From: Candidatus Pacearchaeota archaeon
GTDB lineage: Archaea > Nanobdellota > Nanobdellia > Pacearchaeales > GW2011-AR1
DNA: 39,680 nucleotides
NCBI GenBank assembly: GCA_002688335.1
Contig: NZCQ01000035.1
Location: forward strand, 1 to 39,680
Reading direction: 5' to 3'
Below are positions 1-6,428 of this stretch, piece after piece. The number at the start of each line of letters is the position of its first letter. Position 1 is the first letter of the stretch. The notes under the pieces are model-generated. The model ran no database searches and was not told the origin of the DNA. It was given only the letters and a program-made list of their open reading frames with translations. Both the position numbers and the translations under genes were made by a program.

Positions 1-718
1 CCAATAATGACTGCTCAGCAGTTCCAATCAAGTTTAAATCCTCTCCTTCAATACTGTAAACAGATTCCTCAATAGCAGATTTATCCATAGATGCAAATAT
101 AGACTTCTCATTTAACATCAAAGGAGTCTCGATATAGTCATAGCCTTTATCCCTCATAAAATCAATAGCAAACCTAATCAGAGCCTGATTTAATAAAGCC
201 AATTCATTTTTAATATAGTAAAATCCCTTTCCAGAAACATCTCCAGATTTATCAAAATCCCCCACCCCCAACCCTTCAACCAATTCAACATGGTTTCTAA
301 CCTTTTCCAATTTATTAATCTTACCCCATTTTTTAATTTCCTTATTCTCCTTATCATCCTTTCCGCTAGGAACCTTATCAGAAATTATATTTGGAATCCT
401 AAGCATCAAATTATGAATATCCTTAAGCAGATCTTCATTATCAGTTTCTATCTTTTCAATCTTCTTCTGAATTTTCGCATTCTTTTGAATCAAATTTTTC
501 TTCGTCTTAGCATCTTTCTTTATTCCAGCATTCTTAATGCCTTCCCGAATCTTATTTCTCTCACTCCGCATTCTGTCCGCATCATACTTAACCTTCCTCC
601 AATTCTCATCTTTTTTAATAATCTCATCAACTAACTTCAACTTATCCTCTTGAAACTTCTTCTTAATATTTTTCTTAACAATCTCAGGACTCTCTCTAAT
701 GAACTTTATATCTAACAT
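1..718 (-). CDS. serS: Seryl-tRNA synthetase, N-terminal portion (gene continues past the window start)
   Basis: Absent from the supplied ORF track because it is cut by the window edge. Reverse-strand translation from the ATG (complement of 716-718) reads MLDIKFIRESPEIVKKNIKKKF..., then a long K/E-rich coiled-coil arm. It continues ...GFYYIKNELALLNQALIRFAIDFMRDKGYDYIETPLM...YSIEGEDLNLIGTAEQSLL. This is the typical SerRS N-terminal arm plus the start of the class II core. Confidence 0.8.
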   Translation of the reverse strand, partial: MLDIKFIRESPEIVKKNIKKKFQEDKLKLVDEIIKKDENWRKVKYDADRMRSERNKIREGIKNAGIKKDAKTKKNLIQKNAKIQKKIEKIETDNEDLLKDIHNLMLRIPNIISDKVPSGKDDKENKEIKKWGKINKLEKVRNHVELVEGLGVGDFDKSGDVSGKGFYYIKNELALLNQALIRFAIDFMRDKGYDYIETPLMLNEKSIFASMDKSAIEESVYSIEGEDLNLIGTAEQSLL

Positions 719-773
719 TTTACTAAAAACTTAAGAGAATATTTAAATATTCCTCTCAACATAAAATTACAAG

Positions 774-1394
774 ATGGTGACAGAAGAAATCCTTATCAGA
801 AGAAAATGGAGAAGATTAAAGAAAACCTCTAAATTTCTAATCATAATCTTGGTTATAGCATCAATATTCGCACTAACATATTACATAGGTTACTCAACAA
901 AAAAACCTCCAATAATTAATCAACAAAAAGTTATTATAGAAAATCCTTTAAAAGATTTGGTATTTCAGAGCACTAACAATGAAGGAGAAGTGAACAAAGA
1001 GCAAGTTATTGAGCAAGCAATTCTAGATTTTGACTTAGACTATATAAATTACATTCTAATCGCCTTAGGAGTTAACAATCTATACAAATCAAAGATAGGA
1101 TTTGGAAATCCAAGAGTTGAATTTAAGATAGATGATGAAATCTGGAGTTCAGAGATAATCAATAACAATCTAAACACAAGAAAATCCTCGATAGACGATC
1201 CCGACGTAAGATTCCATATGAGCAAAGAGGAAATAATAGAATCGTTATTGTCATCGAACTTAAACCAATTCGTAATAAACTCCGTTAGTTCCGGGAGAAC
1301 ACAAATAGAGCTAATTGCAGGAAAACCAGAGTTATTAAGCAAGGGTTATCTAAAAATGTACTCTGATCTAACCGGAAACAACTCTGAAATATAA
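774..1394 (+). CDS. Hypothetical membrane-anchored protein
   Basis: 206-aa ORF with a single N-terminal hydrophobic helix (FLIIILVIASIFALTYYIGY). No family recognised. Confidence 0.45.
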   Translation: MVTEEILIRRKWRRLKKTSKFLIIILVIASIFALTYYIGYSTKKPPIINQQKVIIENPLKDLVFQSTNNEGEVNKEQVIEQAILDFDLDYINYILIALGVNNLYKSKIGFGNPRVEFKIDDEIWSSEIINNNLNTRKSSIDDPDVRFHMSKEEIIESLLSSNLNQFVINSVSSGRTQIELIAGKPELLSKGYLKMYSDLTGNNSEI

Positions 1395-1572
1395 TAAACA
1401 TCAAGTAACAACACCCTGTCACTAGCCCCCCTAGTAAACTTATTTTGTTACTATCTGGTTAATTTTTTCTACAGAAAGCTTTATAAGCTAATATATAACT
1501 ACTAATATATAGTTTTGAAAAGTATCTTTTAATAGATACCTTAGAAACATAAATAAATCCCTTTAGAGAAAA

Positions 1573-1839
1573 ATGAAAGACAATTTTGATATATTTTTTA
1601 GAAGAAAACCAGCTCTAATGCTAGTTGCTTTGAAAAAGATGTCTAAAGCAAGGTATGGTTCTTTGTTAGCGAAAGAAGTCGATTGCACTTATTCGCATGC
1701 TGTAAAAATATTACAGACATTAGAAGCATTAGGGTTAGTTGTTTTTGAGAAAAAGGGTAGAATTAAACTGATAAAACTCACCAAGAAAGGTGAAGAAATA
1801 TCTGAAAACATAGATTCTATCCGAAGACAATTAGCTTAA
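1573..1839 (+). CDS. Small winged-helix DNA-binding protein (MarR/ArsR-like)
   Basis: 88 aa. The stretch SLLAKEVDCTYSHAVKILQTLEALGLVVFEKKGRIKLIKLTKKG has an HTH-plus-wing pattern. Confidence 0.5.
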   Translation: MKDNFDIFFRRKPALMLVALKKMSKARYGSLLAKEVDCTYSHAVKILQTLEALGLVVFEKKGRIKLIKLTKKGEEISENIDSIRRQLA

Positions 1840-1893
1840 TTATTATTTTTATTATTATTTGAGAGGTGGTTTTAATTTTTATTGAATAAAAGA

Positions 1894-2601
1894 TTATCCA
1901 GAAGGATTTCTCTTTACATATATGTCCATATATTCAAAATCTTTCTCGCCCTTTTTCCTATCAAAACAGGGCAATGTAGCCATTATACCTTCCATACTAT
2001 CTTCAAATTGATCACTTATCTTCAACCGTTCTTCCAAAATATCTCTGAGCCCAAAAACAGTGCTGTAAAAAGGAGTTCCCCCAACTAAAATCCCCCCACC
2101 GAATCTTGAATGTCCATAAAAATGAAAATTAGCATCGCTTAAAACATCTGCAATTAACGGAATTTCATATGGTTGATTATAAACTCCTCTTACATCATGT
2201 GTTTTTGTACACCCATTTCTAAATGTTTCTTCTACTTCAACATCTTCAAATAATTCAATCTCAAAATCATCCTCTCTCCTACCAATATAAATGGCTCTAG
2301 GTCCTTCACCATCTAAGAATCTTTTTAATAAGGGATGTAGGGAAGTTTCGGTTCTTGCGGATTCTTGATCTGTTCCTGTAACATCCCTCCATTTAACTAC
2401 ACCATCAACAGGAAAATCGAAATTAACATTTATGTCTCCCTTATAACTCCCTTGACCATCTATCATTTGATTTTGAATGTCTAACGGATTTAATTCTCTT
2501 TTTAGATTGTTACCAATACTTTCATTATATTCAAACTGTGACAATTCATCTAAGTCTGATATATCTGTTCTTTCGCTTACTTTCCAATCTAAATCTTTCA
2601 T
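1894..2601 (-). CDS. Hypothetical protein
   Basis: 235-aa ORF of non-repetitive composition. The overlapping + strand ORF 1882-2088 looks like a shadow. No family recognised. Confidence 0.45.
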   Translation of the reverse strand: MKDLDWKVSERTDISDLDELSQFEYNESIGNNLKRELNPLDIQNQMIDGQGSYKGDINVNFDFPVDGVVKWRDVTGTDQESARTETSLHPLLKRFLDGEGPRAIYIGRREDDFEIELFEDVEVEETFRNGCTKTHDVRGVYNQPYEIPLIADVLSDANFHFYGHSRFGGGILVGGTPFYSTVFGLRDILEERLKISDQFEDSMEGIMATLPCFDRKKGEKDFEYMDIYVKRNPSG

Positions 2602-2710
2602 ATAATCTATTAAAAACTCCCCCTTATAAATCTTTCTGCATGTTACTACTACACAAAAACTACAGATAAGGGATAATCTTAAATATAATTCATCCTTACC
2701 TTATAATGCA

Positions 2711-2851
2711 ATGAAAACTATAACAATTCCCTTAGAAGATTATAATAAGATGAAGGAAGCATCAGAAGTAGATGAAGAATTAGTCAATAAAATAAAAAGG
2801 AGTTTAGAAAATATAAAGGAAGGGAAGATAAAAGAGTGGGTAGACAACTAA
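2711..2851 (+). CDS. Small antitoxin-like ORF (46 aa)
   Basis: MKTITIPLEDYNKMKEASEVDEELVNKIKRSLENIKEGKIKEWVDN. Below the track's size cut-off. Its 3' end overlaps, convergently, the RelE-like ORF at 2848-3192. Confidence 0.25.
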   Translation: MKTITIPLEDYNKMKEASEVDEELVNKIKRSLENIKEGKIKEWVDN

Positions 2852-3192
2852 GCTAGTCCTCTTTTCTTCAGTTCTTCAACCACATAATTCTGATAATGAT
2901 CAATATTCAATAGGATTCTATTTATTGTTGCCTGTTGAGCTTTTTTACCACTTATTGCTAAAGATAAAACTACGGAATAATTATTATAAACTAAAAAATA
3001 AATCCTTTTTCCATCAAATTTCTTCTCACGAAGAATTGAAATTCTCAGCCCCTTTCCAACATTATCTCCCTGATTTCTAAGTTGATTAAAGATCTTCTTC
3101 ACCCTATCTTTATCAGAGTTATCTAATTTATCATAATCTCTATCAAACTCATCTGTTGTAAAAATCCTAAACATTATAAAAATTAGATTCAT
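2848..3192 (-). CDS. RelE/ParE-superfamily toxin-like protein
   Basis: FRIFTTDEFDRDYDKLDNSDKDRVKKIFNQL...GKGL...REKKFDGKRIYFLVYNN matches the usual RelE/ParE layout. The true start is probably the internal Met (MFRIF). Confidence 0.5.
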   Translation of the reverse strand: MNLIFIMFRIFTTDEFDRDYDKLDNSDKDRVKKIFNQLRNQGDNVGKGLRISILREKKFDGKRIYFLVYNNYSVVLSLAISGKKAQQATINRILLNIDHYQNYVVEELKKRGLA

Positions 3193-3219
3193 TACCTTAA
3201 AAATTATATCCTCAGCCCT

Positions 3220-3870
3220 TCACCTACTCTTCTCAACCCCAACTCTCAAACATTCCAAACTAACTGGACACCCACTACAAAAAGGACTCACTGGAACGCA
3301 AGTACTTTTCCCATGTAACATAAACAGAGCATTTGCTCCCCTTAAGGACTCTCCTTCTAGCGAATCAACCAACAATTCTTCAACCTCATTATGCTTATCA
3401 CTATCAATCCACCCTAACCTATTAGCAATTCTAATTGTATTTGAGTCAACAGGAATAGCATTCTTTCCAAAGGCAAAACAAAGAACAACATTACAGGTCT
3501 TAGGCCCAATTCCATTAATAGACAATAATTTATCTTTATCATCAGGAACTTCTCCATCAAACTTCTCAATAATCTCCTTACTAACGGATTTCAATCTAGC
3601 AGCCTTAACCTTCCTATATCTTGCCAAATACAACATATCCTCTAACTCACTAAGATCCATATCAATTATATCTTCAAAATTACCAACTCTCTCAAAAAGC
3701 TCTTCCAAGATCTTATCTGTCACATCATCTTTAATATTGATACTAACTAAACACCCAATTAAAATCTTAAACGGATCTGGATTCTCTCTCATTCTATTCA
3801 ACGTTGTCCTAACCTCATCACTATAATGACTTTCAAGAATCTTCAGTATTTCTGATATGTTATTTTTCAT
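3220..3870 (-). CDS. nth: Endonuclease III (HhH-GPD DNA glycosylase with 4Fe-4S cluster)
   Basis: HhH element LLSINGIGPKTCNVVL, a downstream Asp, and the C-terminal Cys cluster CVPVSPFCSGCPVSLEC. Confidence 0.85.
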   Translation of the reverse strand: MKNNISEILKILESHYSDEVRTTLNRMRENPDPFKILIGCLVSINIKDDVTDKILEELFERVGNFEDIIDMDLSELEDMLYLARYRKVKAARLKSVSKEIIEKFDGEVPDDKDKLLSINGIGPKTCNVVLCFAFGKNAIPVDSNTIRIANRLGWIDSDKHNEVEELLVDSLEGESLRGANALFMLHGKSTCVPVSPFCSGCPVSLECLRVGVEKSR

Positions 3871-3871
3871 T

Positions 3872-4096
3872 TTAGAAATAGTTGGAAATCTCCCTCATGT
3901 CAACTTTTGAGTCTTTGATAATTCTTGATAATGTCCCTTTTTTCATTCGATCATGCAGGGGAACTGTTAATTTAATAATATTGCCGTCTTCTTTCTTCAC
4001 AAGCCTTACATGACTACCTTTTTGTCTTATTGGAATAAAATCAAATTTGCTGAGTACTTTAATAAGTTTGAATCCAGAAATCTGCGGAAGTTCCAT
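3872..4096 (-). CDS. hicA: HicA mRNA-interferase toxin
   Basis: 74 aa. LIKVLSKFDFIPIRQKGSHVRLVK carries the GSH motif typical of HicA. It lies directly downstream of hicB. Confidence 0.8.
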   Translation of the reverse strand: MELPQISGFKLIKVLSKFDFIPIRQKGSHVRLVKKEDGNIIKLTVPLHDRMKKGTLSRIIKDSKVDMREISNYF

Positions 4097-4097
4097 A

Positions 4098-4307
4098 TTA
4101 TATTTCTATATTCATGATTTTTCCTTTAACAGGAATATCTTCAGGACCATCATCGAGATAAAGTTCTATAGCCTCTTTAATATTATTAATTGCTTCCTCA
4201 AGTGTATCTCCTTGAGAAATGCATCCAGGCAGCGATGGAACATGGACAGTAAAACCCCCTTCCTCGGCCTCCTCTAACATAATCTTAATTTCCATAAACA
4301 TTAACAA
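4098..4307 (-). CDS. hicB: HicB antitoxin
   Basis: GGFTVHVPSLPGCISQGDTLEEAINNIKEAIELYL is the canonical HicB N-domain. There is a 1-nt gap to hicA. Confidence 0.7.
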   Translation of the reverse strand: MLMFMEIKIMLEEAEEGGFTVHVPSLPGCISQGDTLEEAINNIKEAIELYLDDGPEDIPVKGKIMNIEI

Positions 4308-4485
4308 TCTTTATATTATTTAATTCTTTCCCCAAAATATGCCCAACACCTTAATTAAAGAACTAAAATCCCGGCTATCTGAAAAACTAGAAGGGTACAG
4401 AGATGAATACAACAATATCTGCTTTGGAAATAAAAAACAAAAACTATATGCCATATACATTCTTACAGAGATATTAGATTAGAGA

Positions 4486-4797
4486 TTACAATTCATATCT
4501 ATCTCCAATATTAACTTTAAGCTTTGACAAAATAGGGTTTGGAATATTCGCTTTAACTAATTCAATTGAAACATCTGGAATAATTTTATGCAAATACCCT
4601 TTAAGATCCTCAGGACCCTCTCCCGTAGGAATAGCAAATCTGACTGAGTTTTCAATATCCTCTGTATTCTCTGCAAGAACATTCCTATTACTTTCTAAAC
4701 AAAACTTTCTAATTCTTCCCCTAAGCATAACTCCATTTATTGAAGTGGACTTCGTTCTAATCTCATAAATATCCCAGTTAATTAATTCTCTATACAT
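4486..4797 (-). CDS. Hypothetical protein (possibly acylphosphatase-like fold)
   Basis: 103-aa ORF. INGVMLRGRIRKF...LAENTEDIENSVRFAI loosely resembles the acylphosphatase pattern. Weak call. Confidence 0.35.
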   Translation of the reverse strand: MYRELINWDIYEIRTKSTSINGVMLRGRIRKFCLESNRNVLAENTEDIENSVRFAIPTGEGPEDLKGYLHKIIPDVSIELVKANIPNPILSKLKVNIGDRYEL

Positions 4798-4807
4798 AGT
4801 ATAATCA

Positions 4808-4849
4808 TGCCCTAGACAGGATTTGAACCTGCGACACCCTGCTTAAGAG
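4808..4849 (-). tRNA. 3' half of a disrupted/split tRNA-Lys(CUU)
   Basis: The complement reads CTCTTAA GCAGG GTGTC GCAGG TTCAAAT CCTGT CTAGGGC A. These are the anticodon loop, anticodon 3' stem, variable loop, T arm with TTCAAAT loop, acceptor 3' strand and discriminator. No 5' portion is adjacent. It pairs with the fragment at 24324-24363. Confidence 0.75.
4843..4849. repeat. Left copy of the 7-bp direct repeat TTAAGAG (attL core or target-site duplication)
   Basis: Identical heptamer at 24324-24330. On the tRNA strand it is the complete anticodon loop CTCTTAA. Identity ends exactly at 7 bp. Confidence 0.8.
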
Positions 4850-4854
4850 TCAAG

Positions 4855-4870
4855 TACACATATGTGTACC
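4855..4870. repeat. Perfect 16-bp palindrome GTACACATATGTGTAC at the left element end
   Basis: Read directly. It lies 5 nt inside the 7-bp core and shares the GTACAC half-site with GGTACAC at 24303-24309. Confidence 0.8.
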
Positions 4871-4880
4871 TTTTACTAAA
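4864..4880. repeat. Left arm of the terminal inverted repeat (GTGTACCTTTTACTAAA)
   Basis: 15 of 17 positions match the complement of 24293-24309 (GTGTACCTATTAGTAAA). Both arms begin 14 nt from the 7-bp core. Confidence 0.65.
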
Positions 4881-4882
4881 TC

Positions 4883-4890
4883 TTTATAAA
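4883..4890. promoter_or_regulatory. Palindromic TATA box TTTATAAA
   Basis: It ends 21 nt upstream of the integrase ATG at 4912, consistent with a leaderless archaeal mRNA. Because it is palindromic, it could also drive transcription toward the tRNA 3' half. Confidence 0.45.
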
Positions 4891-4911
4891 CCTCCTATTT
4901 TTACTCATTTT

Positions 4912-6051
4912 ATGGTAAGTCCTATACGAATAGTTAATGTTGAAAAAGTTCTTAAAGATATGGAGAAGTGGAAAATTCCAGAATCAGAGAAGAAGGCATT
5001 AAAAGAATTCGCTAAGGAGTTTAGGTCTGGAAGGATTACAGGACGTATAGGAAAAGATATTGAAGGAAGCATACAATCATCCATCTACCTTTTAAAATTG
5101 CCCTTAGAATTCATTAATAAGCCAATAAATAGTAAACTAACTGAAAACGATATTAAATCTTTTTTCGATGCCTTAATAAGCGATAAACTAAAAAAGAGAG
5201 TTAGAAAAAGAGTTAACAAAAAACTAAAGTGGGTTGATAATGGTAATTACCAGCAAACTGGAAAGAAGAAGTTTATTAGAACTTTGTCTCTCTATCTTAA
5301 ATATAGATTAGGAAAATATCCAGAGAAATTAGCTAAGTTTGACAATATTTTGAAGGTCATTATAACTACAGTTGACAAAGAACCTAATTCCCTAACTGAA
5401 GAAGAATTTGATAAATTATATGATGCTAGTTCCGAACTATGGCAAAGATATTTTCATATGGTTAATGTCTGGGGAGGATTTAGAGCCGGTGAATTCCATT
5501 CATTAGTAGATTCGGATATTAATCTTCCAGACCCCAATAAAGGAGAAAACTATGTTAAGATATGGGTAAGATTTGCTAACAGCAAAACTAAAGGAAGAAT
5601 GGTTACTTTATTCAACACTAAATGCAATAAGGTTGTTAGAGAATATTTGGAAAAAAGAAAAAAGGAGGGGTTAAAGCCAGATGAACCAGTTTTTGAAAAG
5701 AGTTACAATGCAACCAAGATTTGGATAAGGAGATTTGGAAGAAGGGTTATGAATAAACACGTTCATCATCATCTCTATAGATCAACATGTGCAACTTGGT
5801 TAGTAGACAAACACATTATAACAGACAGAACAAACTTATGTCTTTTCTTTGGTTGGAAATTTAGCTCCCCAATGCCTGATACTTATCTCAATAGAAGTAA
5901 GATTAGCCTAAGGCCAATAGAAGAAGCTGTTAAGGGGAAATCAATGGAGGAAATAGATAAAAGAATAGAAAAGCTGGAAGAATTGATGAATTTATTCTCG
6001 GAAAAAAGAATAGAGACGTTTGAAACCGCAAAGGAAATACTAGCAAAATGA
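4912..6051 (+). CDS. Tyrosine recombinase / integrase
   Basis: Catalytic-domain landmarks are GGFRAGEFHSL (Arg), HHHLYRSTCATWL (H-x-x-R) and a C-terminal W...PDTYLN (Tyr). The track starts at a GTG at 4864. I prefer the ATG at 4912 (MVSPIRIV) because of the TATA spacing. Confidence 0.8.
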   Translation: MVSPIRIVNVEKVLKDMEKWKIPESEKKALKEFAKEFRSGRITGRIGKDIEGSIQSSIYLLKLPLEFINKPINSKLTENDIKSFFDALISDKLKKRVRKRVNKKLKWVDNGNYQQTGKKKFIRTLSLYLKYRLGKYPEKLAKFDNILKVIITTVDKEPNSLTEEEFDKLYDASSELWQRYFHMVNVWGGFRAGEFHSLVDSDINLPDPNKGENYVKIWVRFANSKTKGRMVTLFNTKCNKVVREYLEKRKKEGLKPDEPVFEKSYNATKIWIRRFGRRVMNKHVHHHLYRSTCATWLVDKHIITDRTNLCLFFGWKFSSPMPDTYLNRSKISLRPIEEAVKGKSMEEIDKRIEKLEELMNLFSEKRIETFETAKEILAK

Positions 6052-6425
6052 CTTCAGAAAAAACAATAAGGATAAATGAGAAGGGATTGAAAGATATTTT
6101 TGATGATGCCATAAAAGACCATGTTATTCTCACAAAGAAATCTTTTGATATGAACAATAAATCGATAGATGAAATAAAAAATAGTATAAAAGAGCAAAAA
6201 GAAGTAATAGATACTATAGATAATAAGATTAAAGAAATAGAAAAAGATGCTGAACATAAAAACCTTAAAAAAATTATTTTTGAAGTCCTTAGCCAGATTT
6301 TTATAATAGTTTCAGCAATTTCAATTGGAGCTAATCTAACTTCTGGAGGAAGTAATGGGTTTCCAATGTGGCTGAATGTATCGCTAGTAATTATCGGAGT
6401 TGTGTTAAGGCGTATCTCAAATTAA
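6048..6425 (+). CDS. Hypothetical coiled-coil protein with C-terminal membrane segments
   Basis: 125 aa. The N-terminal part is K/E/I-rich, followed by FEVLSQIFIIVSAISIGA and WLNVSLVIIGVVL. Its start overlaps the integrase stop. Confidence 0.45.
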   Translation: MTSEKTIRINEKGLKDIFDDAIKDHVILTKKSFDMNNKSIDEIKNSIKEQKEVIDTIDNKIKEIEKDAEHKNLKKIIFEVLSQIFIIVSAISIGANLTSGGSNGFPMWLNVSLVIIGVVLRRISN

Positions 6426-6428
6426 ATA

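Noticed and set aside
290-634. 114-aa + strand ORF in the supplied track
   Set aside because: Its composition is low-complexity (L/I/F/N-rich). It lies antisense to a clear seryl-tRNA synthetase reading frame, so it is a shadow ORF.
4850-4863. Canonical bulge-helix-bulge motif joining the two tRNA-Lys halves in trans
   Set aside because: Hand folding gives a 3-nt bulge and an adjacent helix only on the 3'-half side. The 5'-half side is a 10-nt loop. A relaxed motif cannot be excluded without computation, so the idea is kept only as a secondary hypothesis in the findings.
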